DNA of 64,000 nt from Vicugna vicugna (taxonomy: Eukaryota): NCBI GenBank assembly GCA_013265495.1, contig MU058844.1, forward strand, positions 9,258,184-9,322,183, read 5' to 3'. A model generated the notes under the pieces. The model ran no database searches and was not told the origin of the DNA. It was given only the letters and a program-made list of their open reading frames with translations. The first letter of the stretch is position 1. Every line of letters begins with the position of its first letter. This document shows, piece by piece, positions 27,677 through 40,660 of this stretch. The position numbers and the translations under genes are program-made.

Positions 27677-27780
27677 CAGTTTGCCACCAGTGGTCTAGGA
27701 CGGGTACTCGGAAGACTTTTTTGGACCATTCCAGGGTCTCCAAGTCACATCGTTCTCCAGCCACAAACAATGTTTTGAAC
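27677..27780 (-). CDS. ACSS3: ACSS3 coding exon (~exon 9, 104 bp, phase 2-1): FKTLFVAGERCDLETLEWSKKVFRVPVLDHWWQT
   Basis: TTCAG acceptor and GTGAGC donor; contained in supplied ORF 27594..27809; has the AGE and DHWWQT(ETG) motifs. Confidence 0.97.
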
Positions 27781-28669
27781 CTGAATATAAGAGGGTTGAG
27801 TGAATTCAAATTATTCCCTGAAAATAAATCGAAAGAATTCCATCTACCTTCTTTTAAACATTGTACAATCCAAGCGCATTAATTCTGTCAGAGGAAAATA
27901 GTCATACCACCAGTATAACACACTGTAGAATGGTCAGAGGCATTATTTGTCTTGACCCAAATATGACTGAATGCATATCATAGCACTGGAAAGAGATGCT
28001 TCAAAAGTAGAATTCACATCTATAGCTTCTCAGTTTTGAGAAGAGCAACTGAATTGAGCTTTGTAATCTATCTGTGTTATTCACCTAATGATCAAAATGG
28101 AAAAACCTTTTTCCTCCTTGGCATTACCTCTGCTAATTTTAGCTCCAAGTTTGATTGCTGTATTCTACTTCAGCTTATACACAGAAATACTCTCAAGTAA
28201 CAGCTAAGGCAACAAATATGCTCATAAATATGATGCACTTGATCTTTCTCCTGAGTTACTTTGCTAAAGATTACTCTAATTTCAACACATATTTCTCCTA
28301 TTCCAAGGATATAGATAGGAAAGATAGGTAGTTAAAAAGTAAATGCCATTGTGGCTTTCCAGGTTAAAAAAGCTTTTATCAAAAGGACCAGACGATTACT
28401 AAGGAATGAACAATTTTTGGCAGAGAGCACCATGCCACAGAACAGGAAGGATGAAATAGAAAAACCAGAATTGGTTAACACTACTGGCGGTTCATTAAGA
28501 GAATGACTATTTTTCTCCCCTTATCAATGGCCCCATAGCCTATCTGTCAAAACAAAGAATATACATATGAAAAGTCAATTCATTATCATCGAAATAAAAC
28601 CCAAACAAACCCTACTACCCTGAACAATGTAATAGAGCCACAGAATATTTCTTACCATTCCCTTAACTT

Positions 28670-28880
28670 ATATCATTTCATGAAGAGCCCATGAAGATTC
28701 AAATATTTCCCCTCTATGCTCCAAGAACATGCATTTCCTGTTTCTGCTATAAACATGTATCTATTCTGTAATTGTTTGCTGCCTATTTCTGACAATGGAC
28801 TGTGAGCTTCTTAGGAAGATTCATCTTTATGATCGCAATACCAATCAAAATACCTGGGAATTTTAGGTAGTTAAACATTT
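28670..28880 (+). mobile_element. L2 3' end
   Basis: ttcccctctatgctcc...ggactgtgagcttcttagg...attcatcttt. Confidence 0.55.
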
Positions 28881-29272
28881 AAACAAACTACATATATATT
28901 TGCAATTTGAGGTAAAATTTATGTAATCAAATGTGTATTCATTTATAACTTGCTTGAAATTAAAATTTGGATTATCAATTATGTCCTCATCAGACAGAAA
29001 CGTTAGAGTAGAAATGAATTAAATGCATTAAGTTATTAAAAGTAGGTTAAAGTATAATGAAGGTTAGTGTAAAGTTTTAAAATGTAAAATGAGGTTGATA
29101 CAGCTATGATTTTAGATGCTATGTAAAGACAAGACAAAATAAAAATATAAGCACCATATTGTTGATAATCCTAACACTGAAAAATATAGCCATACTTTAT
29201 TTTTATCTTATTCAAACAATCAGCTTCCTGATATTTTTTTAAACTTCCATGATTAAGAATATTATGCATTTC

Positions 29273-29662
29273 TAGGGTAAACGAGAAGCAAGTGAAGTCG
29301 TTTAGAGCGGCAGGCCTGGGCCTTGTCCCGGAGGGGCCTGTAGGGCTTTCTAAGGAATTTGGATTTCATCATGAAGGCAATGAGAAGCGAATTAAAGCCA
29401 TTAAAGATTTTAAGCAGGAGAGTGGCACCTTGAGATGTTTGCTTTAGGAAGTCGCCATTGGCAGAGGTGTGGAGGATAGAAGGAGGGTCAGGGCAGGGTC
29501 CCAGGGGCCTGACTTTGGAGGCTGTCACCACCATGGAGAAGAGGTGAACCCGGGCAGTCCCCCCCCCCCCCCCCCCCCCCGCCGGGGGAAAAGGTGGAGG
29601 TGGAGGTGGAGATGGGGGTTGTCCAGGAGGTCTGAGTGGCAGGACTTACTGCTATGACAATT
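29273..29662 (-). mobile_element. Unusually GC/CpG-rich L2 fragment containing a C22 tract
   Basis: ggcctgtagggctttctaaggaatttggatttcat...aaggcaatgagaag...gattttaagcaggagagtg matches antisense L2; C22 at 29559-29580; TGCATTTC on both flanks. Confidence 0.7.
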
Positions 29663-29708
29663 TGCATTTCCCTGGAAAGCTTTTCAGAAATAAGTTGTAT
29701 GTCATTGT

Positions 29709-29760
29709 AAAAACAACAACAACAACAACAACAACAAAAACAACAACAACAAATAAACAA
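29709..29760 (+). repeat. (AAC)n microsatellite
   Basis: Directly visible. Confidence 0.9.
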
Positions 29761-30292
29761 GCCAAAAATACAAACTCTGATATACCTGAGTATAAACATA
29801 CTATAAACAAAAACAAGTTTAGGAATAAGATGACTAATGAAACAATTTAAAATCTTTTAATAACTACTCAATCAAATATTATTTAACTCTTAATTCCTCA
29901 CAATAAATAAAACCATGGTATGTGATTTTTAATTTTTACAATCAAATGATTACTGAAAAAAATCTTAGTATAAATCTAAAATTAAAAAATATAATTTAAA
30001 GATAAACTCATGCCTAAGGGCAATAGTATATTCTTATTTTTTAAAGCACATTTAGTCCTTCAGGCTTGCAAAAAAGGAATAGAAATATTTTCAACAGTGA
30101 AATCTCTCATTAAGGACCTTGCCATTATTTTATTAATAATACAAAGAGATAAATGCCTCATATTTAAAAATTCAAAAATTGATTTTTATTTAAAAATATA
30201 TTTTGTAAAAGTGAAAATTAGCTATTTTTTTCACAGTGATTTGGACTCTCTGGAGGGTAAATTTATCCATATTAGTTACATATATCCTGTAT

Positions 30293-30462
30293 CTGCACTG
30301 CACAATATGGTAGCCACTAGCTACTGTGGCTATTTAAAATTGAAAAAAAATAAAAATGTCAATTTCTTCATAGTATTACCCTTTGTTAAGAGTCAGTAGT
30401 TCAGGAGTGACATGCGGCTAGTACCTACTACTACAGAGTTCAGTTTTACTGGATAGGGTGCC
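30293..30462. mobile_element. hAT-Charlie MITE (MER3/MER33-like)
   Basis: ctgcactgcacaatatggtagccactagctactgtggctatt...cacatgcggctagt-like internal inverted structure. Confidence 0.75.
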
Positions 30463-30999
30463 CTAGATTGTTCCAGACTCACTCAATACATGGGAGATAT
30501 TCTGACGATGGTAACACGTGGAAAGATAAATCTACTCCCAAATGTATACTAAAAGGATAAACAGAATGACAATATACACTACCCAGAGTAGAAATAAGGG
30601 GAATGAGACCTATACACCTTTCCTCAATTCTATATAAAACTGATTTTACAATTCAAGACTCAAATGAAGTTGAAAATTAAGCAAAAAGGCAAACAGAAAA
30701 ATGGTAATGCTAATTTTATTCCAAAATACACAGAAAAGCTGCACGGTAATGGATAAAATGCTAAAGATAAATTCTGGTGAAGAACTTTCAGGTAATAAAG
30801 TAGGGGTAGAAGAAAACTAAAATGAGTATTTCTTTCAAGGTCCATAAACTAGCAAACAAGAGAAAATTACTCTTCACTTGTGCCAACAGAAGTTAAATAA
30901 AAATAGATTATTTCAGTGACACCTCGTCAACTTCTAGTTCACATGACAGAGCATCATTATCTTTGCCCTCAATGTCTCTGTAGTTCTCTCCACCTTTCC

Positions 31000-32800
31000 T
31001 TAATTCTATTTTCTTCCATTGCTCCCCACTAAAAAAATTTAAACTACCTTTTGAAAAAAAAAAACTCTCCACCATTTGCTACTGCTATTTATTGCATTGT
31101 TTGGCTTCTGTTTAAACACAATATCCAATTATCATTATTAGAGTAACAGACCATATAAATTCAACAACATAATTCATCAGTTTTTGCTGCTACTTTTTTT
31201 GTCTCCCATACCATTCCCCCTATGTTCATTTTTCCTTCAGAAAAGCCTTTGGATTTTAAGTTCTCTTGGCTTTGTCTGGATGAACATGTTTCTATTTTAG
31301 CCTCAGTCTTCAATGAAAGATTCTTGTTTGACAGTTCTCCCTCAGAACTTTGAAGACCTTTCCCTCTTGTCATCTGGCATCTGTTGGCATCAGTTTGGAT
31401 TTTCCTTTTCAGTGCTCTGTTGACTCCCTCTGATAGTCTTTCTTTCTTTCTTTCTCTTTCTTTCTTTCTGTCTTTGTGTCTTTCTTTCTGTCTTTCTGTC
31501 TTACTCTTCCTTCCTTCCTTTCTTTCTCTCTCTCTCCCTCTCTCTCTCTCTCTTTCTTCTTCTTTTTTCTTTAATCTATAGCTACAATTCATGTTCTGCA
31601 GTTTTCAAATGACCTGTCCAATGAGAATTTACTTATATTCAACCTGCTTAGTATTTGGATGGCTTTTTCCATCTGGGAGCCACATCTTTCTTCAATTCTG
31701 TAACATATTCATTTATTGGCTCTTCAGTTGTCATTTCTTTAATAATGTTTCCATTTTCTTCTTCTGAAATTCCTACTAGATATATTTGTAGTTTCCTATT
31801 CTTCTCTTCAAGTCCCTAAATGGTTCTTTCAGATTTTTTTTTTTTTGCTTTTCCTCTCTGCTTTGCATTCTGGACAATATCCTCAATTCTATTTGTATTG
31901 TGTATTTGTAATTTTAATCAGTCTTACTTGATTGTGCCCATGTATTTCTTTTATTTATTTATTTGGTTTACACTATCCATTGAATGTTTTTTATTTTTCA
32001 TACCCATTACATATTTAATAATTTCATATAAAATTAGTTTATGACTGATTATTCTTAACAGACTTATTGTCAAGTATGATTTGACTATATTACAAAAATA
32101 ATCTCAATTGGAATGAATCCACATTCTAACTGTTGATTTTATTAGCATTAGAGTTCTTTGTGTGTTTAGAATTTTATTTCTCACTCTCTTGTCAAAAAAG
32201 AAGTTCTTTGTTTTTATTTTTAACTCTTTCTCTCTCCTATGCTCTCCTTCTCTGAGTTTGTAGGTGATACAACTATCCTCTAGGAGTCCAATGCCATAAT
32301 GATGGCTCAGAAGTATTAACCCACAGTGATACTCAGAATGTCACACATCCTATTCCAGGATGACAGATGGGTAGTTTGGTTCAGTCTCTGGTTGCTAGGC
32401 TGTTCTTTGCCTCATTCAGAACCCGAGACCAAAGCATGCTATATGTCACAGTCCCAGAAAACAACTGACAGCCATTACCATCAGCCTCCTTTTCTGAGTG
32501 GCGAGTAACAGCCCAGCCCACCTTCAATTACTAAGCAAGCTCTGACTCCATGACCTGAATAAGCAGGGCAATACCGAGTCTCTATTACTCCTCTAATGCC
32601 TGCTTGTGCACCTAGCAAGCCTCTGGCTTCAGCCACCCTTACCACTTTGCAAATCTAATCCATTTCCAATCCACAAAAATGTTTATTTTTCATCTCAGTT
32701 CTGATGCTCTGCTTCTTCTTTTTTGTATTATCTCTCATTGCTCTGTAGTTGGAAACGAAAAGCTACATCAAAGTATGAGGTACTGTGCTATCTTGAATGC
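31000..32800 (-). mobile_element. Degenerate ancient L1 (5'/ORF1-side) remnant
   Basis: T-rich antisense L1-like text (ctcagaactttgaagac...tctggcatctgttg; tctttcttcaattctgtaac...ttcttctgaaattcct); boundaries uncertain. Confidence 0.55.
31438..31572 (+). repeat. Pyrimidine microsatellite (CTTT/CT/CCTT)n
   Basis: Directly visible. Confidence 0.92.
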
Positions 32801-32909
32801 AAATCTCAGTACGGAATTTCTTCTAACTTTCTTAAAACTGAACTAGAAGATCATGGGAAAATAAATCACTACAATGTGATAAAAAGAGCAGTGAATTAAA
32901 AAGCAGAAG

Positions 32910-33470
32910 GCGATAATAATAGCTAAGACTTGGTATGTTAAGAACAGTTCCAAGTGCTTTGCATGGATTATGTATCTTTTATTTTCATTATAATCTTGTA
33001 CGATTACTGTTCTTAAAGTCAGGAAGAAAGAAAGGAAGGAAGGAACGAAGAAAAGAAAGAAACAAACAAAGAAACAAAGAAAGAAAGAAAGGAAGGAAGG
33101 AAGGAAGAGAGAGAGGGAGAGAGAGAAAGAAAGAAAGAAAGGAAGAAAGAAAGGGAGAAAGAAAAGGAAGAAAGGGAGGAAGAAAGGGAAAGAAAGAAGG
33201 AAAGAAAGAAGGAAAGAAAGAAAGAATATATCATTTTTTTAAGGTCATACAATCAGTAAGTAAATGATAGATTTAAGCCCAGTGAGTTCAACTCTAGAGT
33301 CAGAATCTAAACCACCATACCATACTGCCTAGTCCTGGCTTTGCCCCGAAGTAGTTATGTAATCCAGGGAATGTAATTTCACCTCTCTGTGGCAAAGTCT
33401 TCTCTATTGTGAAATGAAGTGATTACACTAGATGACTTCTCATCTATTTTTCCAAACTCTAGTCATCTAT
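32910..33470. mobile_element. Minus-strand MIR split by a purine microsatellite, followed by a plus-strand MIR/MIR3 fragment
   Basis: aataatagctaagac...aagtgctttgcatggatt before the tract; aaggtcatacaatcagtaagt...actctagagtc after it. Confidence 0.6.
33021..33225 (+). repeat. Long compound purine microsatellite (GAAA/GGAA)n, ~205 bp
   Basis: Directly visible. Confidence 0.95.
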
Positions 33471-34029
33471 GATAAAATGAATTTACAATTCTGGTTAGTT
33501 CCCTATTTTACAGTATCACTCGTAAACTTTGGGGGCTGAAATTTGGGGCAAATCGTTAAATATATACTTAAGATACTTTTTACTGAGGTACCTAACACAT
33601 TTTAAAAAGAAAACTTCATCACTTAAAATGTTCTGTAAGAGGAGAAGCAAACTGTAAATTAATCATTAACCTGCAATGATAACACCCAGCAAAATACCCA
33701 TTCAGTAAGTATGAAATGTCTGGAATCCAAATATAAAATTAAAGGTGTAGTTGTATGAAAACACATGGGTTCTGGTTTTTATTAAGTTCCTCCCAAACTT
33801 AATTTTTTTGGTCTTCAGTTTCCTAAGGAGACAGTTGGGTTTTTTGAGGTTCCTTCTGTTTCTAACATTCTCTTAGTCCACAAGTGAGAATCTATTAAAG
33901 TAGTTCAGTTGAAGGTATGATTTGCATAGACTAGAATATAAATGAAAAGCAAAAGCTGCTTTTATTCCATGAATGACAAAACTCCCTGGGTCAAGTTAGT
34001 TTCCTAATTTACCTATCATAGGAAGAATA

Positions 34030-34250
34030 TGTCTATGGTATTTAGTTAAGAGTGTGGGATCTATTCAGATGGCCTGAGTTAGTTTATTTCCAAAGAGTTA
34101 CTTAAACTCTCTGGTCCTATCTATTCACCTGTAAAATGAGAATAATCACAATCCTTCTTTATTGTGAGGACTAAATGAGATAACAGACTTTAACTGCTTA
34201 CACCTGGCACATAGGAGGTGCTCAGCAAGTGTTTGTGTTTATTAATAGCA
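34030..34250 (+). mobile_element. MIR, near full length
   Basis: gttaagagtgtggg...agttacttaaactctctg...cacctgtaaaatgagaataat...cctggcacataggaggtgctcag. Confidence 0.75.
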
Positions 34251-35775
34251 GCAATTTGAATAATTGAGGATGCTTGCAGAGTCTGCATTCCTAAAGGTTT
34301 ATTAAAAACATAGGTGCACATCATCATGAATAACTTAGGTGCCTAAAGACAAAGAGGGAAGACCAGAGGAAACTTACTGCAATTTCTCTTACCCTAAAAT
34401 CTCATACTCTGTGTCTATACCTATGAGTTTGAGAGAACAGTGATTTAATGGGTATTCCTTCAGTATTGTTTGATGGTTTATACATGAGGCAAATTAGACA
34501 TGGTTTCTGCCTTTCTAAACATCTAAACCCATGTACAAATGGGAAAAGAGGATGCAGCAAACAGGAGACCTTGCTGGTCACACAACTCAAGCACTGTAAT
34601 CAGAATATTTTTGTCAGTAAAGAGACACTGCAAAACCTACAGATCCTGTTTGTTCAAAACCCCTGGAATTGTCTTCACACATGAAGACTATACATAGCCC
34701 AAGATCTTTTTACCAAAATCTATGTTTCTATCCTTCAACTAAAAATGGAGGAGACTAAATTAAAATGCAGTTAAGGAAAAGAACAAATAGAGGGTTAATA
34801 GAAATATTATAATGGAAGATTCATTTTATGAACACATTTTATGTTCATTTTATGTAAATCCAGATTATTTCTTTCATAAAATAAAAAATAGAGGAAAAAG
34901 GAATAAAACCACTGATGCTGCCCAAATTGGAAGTTTCTTGCTTACACCTGCAACTGCTGTATGATAACTATGAACTCCTTCCTGGGGGCACAGCAGCACA
35001 AAATTCATAACATCTGGCATTTAACTAAAAAAATTCAAACCGACTTAATTCAAACCCATTTTTGACTTGAAGAAACTACAAAATCCTTTTAGTATATACT
35101 AGCAGTGACCTATTTCAAAGAAGTTCAATAAGAATTGATAATGGAAATTGCCTTGAAGACACAAATTATTAGAATTATCTTGGAATATACATATCATTAA
35201 ACTAACATGAATGTCAATAAACCAGCACAAAAGTATATAAACTATTCAGTGCATATTATTACAAAACAATAGAAAAATAATTTCCTTCACTCTTTCCACA
35301 AAGGTAATTTGGACTATAATTTCCATGTTTTAGCTGTATATATGAAATCAAATAATATTTTCTCTTTATTTAAGACTTCCTTCTATTTTCAAAAGATACT
35401 TAGATGCTAACAAGTTTATTATACATAAATGCATTTTATATCATAATTAGCATACTACTTTAAGGAAAATATAAGCAGGGTAGTTTAAAAAGAAATATTT
35501 TGGTAAGTTTTGAATGAAAAGATATGATATAAAAATGATATGATATTAAAATTAAATTAAAAATTTAAAATGGTATGATATTTTAAAATACCCACAGTAT
35601 AGTGGAAATTCCAAATATTTCAAAGATACGTTTAGAACAGTCATTGTTAACATTCAGAACCTTTGGCTTTTTCCATGAGGGAGGTATTGCAGTGCCAGAA
35701 AAACTATATTAAGGTTCCGTTATTCATTCTGATTGCAGTTTTTAATGTAATTTGCCCTGTGCATCTCGCGTTCAC

Positions 35776-35927
35776 CTTGTCAGAGAGTACTGCTTCCCCA
35801 AGGCTGCCCCAGGGTCCTGTTGACGGATTGCTCTAATTGCAGTCGGCGCTGTAAACAAGGCGGCAACTCCATGCTCCGCCAGCACACGGAAATAAGCACC
35901 AGCATCTGGTGTTCCCACAGGCTTCCC
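35776..35927 (-). CDS. ACSS3: ACSS3 coding exon (~exon 8, 152 bp, phase 0-2): GKPVGTPDAGAYFRVLAEHGVAALFTAPTAIRAIRQQDPGAALGKQYSLT(R)
   Basis: TTGCAG acceptor and GTGAAC donor; contains the FTAPTAIR motif typical of the Acs/PrpE family. Confidence 0.97.
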
Positions 35928-38569
35928 CTGCAATGAGATTCATTTAAAATGTCACTGGGTAAAACGTCTCATATTTCATTGACAGTTCAATACTTACACA
36001 TTTAACAGAGCAATATTAACAAAATGGAGTTCTCAACATATCGTAGTTTTAAAATAGTCCCATGTTCCGTTATAAATAAAACAAACCAAATGCCCAGACA
36101 TCAGAGAGGGCATTTGCTCCAAAACTGCATCCTAAAAGCTGTTCAAAATGCAACTTTTCCTTCCTTAAGTTTTGAAAGAAAAAGGACAGGAAATATATAT
36201 ATATATATCTCACATTCAAATTAGTAACAAAAAAACTGTCTTCTACTTGCCAAGAAATTAAATACGTTGTTTTGTGTGGCAGACTAAATGAGAAATGTGC
36301 TGCTATGAATTTCTAACATTAAACTTTTTTTATGTGATTGCTTTTTAAATGACAATCGCAATTCTCAAAATATATGAGAAGACAGAAAAACCTAAAATCA
36401 CAGTGATTTCTGAGCAATGACCTTTTCAATTAAAAGTCTCACTCCAAGAAAAAGCAACTTCTATGAATTTAAAGAAAAATCCAATAAAGCATCTCAAAAT
36501 GTAGGTTTTCCACAGCCTCAAAAATGACATTATACATATGTTCAATGGAAAATCCACTCATAAGAATATAACAATTTTTACAAACTACAATTCAAAAGGA
36601 CACAAAGCATTTTTAACTGATGTTTCTACAAAGTGGAAAATGAGCACAGCATAAATAAATCAGTAATTCTGCAAAAATTCGAAGTGTCCCATAAGATCTA
36701 TCAGCCATAGGCGCTCATTCCTCAATCCATTCTCATCACTGGTACTTCTTCGTTTCTAAGGTCAGGTGCCTGGAATGTTTATATATATTATGTTAAAATA
36801 TATATATGTTTCACAGTCCAATTCTTTTGGAAGGGTTTGAGGTTTCTTATTTTGGACCATTTCTTGAAGACTAAAAAGTGCTAAAGTACATCAGGAATTT
36901 CCAAGAGATGAGTGACTCCATGTAACATTTCCTAAACTTCTCTGTCCACATCTCCCATCTAAGCATTCCATAGATCTTATATTCTGGAAAACACACTTGG
37001 GAAACACTAAACTATGGTATCAAAAAAAAAAAAAAGGAAAGGAAAGAAAGAGGGAGGGAGGAATGGTTGAGATGGAAAGAAGGAAGGAAGGATAGAATTT
37101 GCTAGTAGCAAACTTAGAGATCTCCCCAAACAAAGAATAATAAAGGAGTGGATGACAACATGAGGTCGACCATAGCTCTGTTTAATATTTCACATTCACT
37201 ATCTACTTCTAATTGGATCTTTGCTAGGGCACTATTTGGTTTTTACATTTATTTTTTAATAGTTGCCCTTAATATTCTTGAATACAATTATATTCTTTTT
37301 TTTAAAGAAACTTCTCTCTTATATTCTGTTGCTTTTTCTCTTGCTCTTTTAATACCAAAGAAGATATATGCTGCAACTGGAAATTTATTTTTATTATCAC
37401 AACTATCCCAAAACGCTTGATTTCAATTTATTTCATTATTACCTCATATAGGTGAACACAATGAGATAGTCTAAAAAGCTGCCAAATACAATCTGTCAAT
37501 TCATGCATATAATTTGACTCACAAATTTTGAAGTCTTGAGCACATCAGCACAAACTTTATTATTTCTAATCAAGAGAGGTAAATATTTGACTTTTTTACT
37601 TCTTTAATCTGACTTAGGCACTCATCACCCTGTGTACTGGATTGTGCCTTTAGAAACTTGATCTCATCCACATAAAAATGATTTGTCAATTGACTTGCCC
37701 TGTCTTAGCTGCCATTTTCCTGCCTATTAAATAAGAATAAATCACTTTGCCAATATCTCTTCAATAAGCTCAAAGCACTGATACAACATTTTAAAGTGGT
37801 TTGACCTCCACTGATGAAATATTTCACAGCCAATTGGAGTTTAATTCCACTACAATGCCTGTGTCGTGGGACAATAATATACTCAGTCAAGAGTGATATT
37901 AGTGTTATAATGAAAATGCTATACCATAATGACTACCTACATATAAGACACAATTTGATGTATTTTACAGTGCCTTCAAATTAACTATATCTAATGATAA
38001 TGACAACAATAGTTTATTAGAAATTTTAGTTAAAATTGTACCACACTTTTTATAGATAATACAAAATTAGAACTGTTGGAATTCTGACCTTGCACAAAAC
38101 AAATTTCCATCAATATTATACTTATAGCATAAAAAAGATCATGATAGCATGGCATTACAATTAGGACACTTATAGAAGTGATGCATAAAAGCTCACAATG
38201 TTTTTTTGTAAGTTAATTGAACTAAGAAAGGTTCCATTGTTTTGCATTTTATTGTCCATTCCCCAGAAGATTGTCTGAAGCAATGAATGATATTTCCATA
38301 TTTTGGAATTACTTTAATACTTATGTTCTTTATTTTTTATTTTCTTAAAACGTCTAACTGATCTCAAATCTTAATTGAAACATAAGTTACGATATATCAA
38401 AGAAATTACTGTTCATCAAAACAGCCTACTGATTAACACAATCATTAGGATCTGAACAATGTAAACACTTCAGCTAACAGAAGACAGCGCAGAAGCAGAT
38501 CTTGCATCAGAAGCCATTGTTCACATACAAACAATCATAACACACTAGGCAGTGCTAATATATTCATTG

Positions 38570-38690
38570 ACTTAATAAATATTTATTGGCCAGATACTAT
38601 GGGCTCGACACTATTCTAAATTCTGGGAAAAGTTTTTTGAACAAGCCATGTAAGGTCCTGCTCTAAAGGAACTAATACTCTAGTAATTAT
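38570..38690 (-). mobile_element. L2 3' end
   Basis: aataaatatttattggccagatactatg...cctgctctaaaggaactaatactctag. Confidence 0.55.
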
Positions 38691-40480
38691 GGGGGTGTGC
38701 ACAGTAATATTACTAAAAATTACACAGCTGATGCTGTAAGCTACTTTGCGTCTACTAAAGGGAAGGACTGTGGTAATAAATATGGGACCCATATGTTCTT
38801 AGCACCTATCTCCATTAGTAGCTTCAGAGAACTGAAGCAAAGCCAATAGGCCTCTTTCATCATGAATTCTAAATGAAAATGACTCAATGGCTTATTGATT
38901 TGATTGAACACTCTTCTCTCCTGCCCTCCTGCACATCACAGGCTCATGGGCACACACAGGTACACACGCACACATAAGCCATATAATCCCTTTACAATGC
39001 TTTTTAAAAGTAACCAGTAAAACACTAAGTATGCAGACCTGCTTGGAAAAATTGACAGATTCCAGAACTCGCATATTCAGTAAAGGGCAATACCCCAAAC
39101 CTATTCAGTTCTCAAATGAGAAGACTCTAAGATGACAGGGATTTTTAACAAACAACATACACACCTAAAGTAGTAATGCAGATAAAAGGTAACAATGACT
39201 TACAATCTCTTGAAAACTCAATCGATGTCATTACCATTTGCTTTGATCGCCTTCCTCTAAAGTCCACAGTGTTAGTCACTGCCCAGAAAACAAAGGCAGA
39301 AAGAAATCCCTTAACAGCAAAGCAGGGATTATGAGCTTTCAGCTGTTATAAATCATGAATTTTTAACATCAGAGATTTATAAAATATCAATTGTTAATAC
39401 TTATAATGCAGTTAGTGATGGTACAAAGCACAGAGAATATGACAGTTCTCTTTACGATACCAAATATCATAAAATTAACTTGCACTTGTAACTATCTACC
39501 ACTTAATGCTTCCCTGTGTTAATATTAGCAGACCACAGATATAAGTTCAGAGTCAGAAAATCATATGATGTCTCAGCTTCTCACGTAATTTCCACTGAGG
39601 TTAAGTTTTCAACACAGAAAATAGTGAAATACAGCAACTAGGAAAAAAAAAGATATAAGCATTATAGTTACATCTCTGAGCAAAATAAAAAAAAAAAAAA
39701 AAAAAAAAAAACTGTCTTTATTATTAATCTTATGATTTGAGTTTATTCAAGGCTTGGGGTCAAGGGTACTTGTGATTTCTCAGACTCTGACATAAAATTT
39801 TTGAGCCAAGAGTAGGTTTTGCCTTTTTTGGATTCTCTTTTTGAACACTGCTTCTGAGAATGTCACCGAAGGCATGTTTTTACTGCAGTTCTACGGTGAA
39901 GACAGCAAAATCCCTTATGGACTAGTCCTGATTTTCATTTCAGCAGACAGGTGCAGCAATGTTGGCTTATTTATTCTGGAAGAGTGATGAAATTGGCAAT
40001 AGCATTTGTTGAGTTCCTACTGCATGCCTGGTGTCTTTATCAAGGGATGAGGGTTTGGACAGGCAAAATCTGAACTTGAGACTTGTTAAAACAAGAGCAA
40101 TTCTCCAGGGTATATTATTTCTTTTGTGAGTTTTGAAATAAGCATCAACCTTTTTACAAATGGATTTTTCTTCCATAAAGTTCCTCTCTTGATAACTCAT
40201 CTTGTCCCAATTTTGAAAACATCACTGCTGCTTTAAATCCAGATGAGATAATTGCTTAAGACCCTCAGCCCTTGGATCTTGTGTTACTACAGCAAACTCC
40301 CTTTTAAGGAATTAAAACTTACCTAAAACTACAATTTAGTAACTACAAATTTGTATCAACCGACTTTCTTGATTATTTGCTAGAGATTTCCCATTGTTCC
40401 ATGGGCCTCACCTGTGAGAATAAGCTGCCATCTTGCCTTCCTTCATGGTACCCTTACCACCATCTAATTTTACACTAAAC

Positions 40481-40660
40481 CAGTGACTGTCAACCCTAAA
40501 TGTACATTAGAACTTCTTGGGATGTTTTTGAAATGTACCAGTGCCTGGTCCCCACTCCCTGAGATTCTGATCTAATCAGTCTTTAAATGGGGCTGGAAGC
40601 TGTTATGTTTTATGGGCCCCCTAAATCATTATAATCCACAGTCAGGTTTGAGAACCAATG
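40481..40660. mobile_element. MER5A-like hAT-Charlie MITE
   Basis: Termini cagtgactgtcaacc...gtttgagaaccaatg; internal ccctgagattctgatctaat. Confidence 0.8.

Noticed and set aside
29680..29760. AATAAG followed by (AAC)n as the tail of a retrocopy
   Set aside because: No matching TSD found upstream and the signal is non-canonical; treated as a microsatellite.
29262..29850. Poly-Pro, poly-Gly, poly-Cys and poly-Thr ORFs
   Set aside because: They arise from the C22 and (AAC)n tracts over an L2 remnant.
31161..33267. Lys/Glu/Arg-rich and Phe/Leu/Ser-rich ORFs
   Set aside because: They are translations of the purine and pyrimidine microsatellites.
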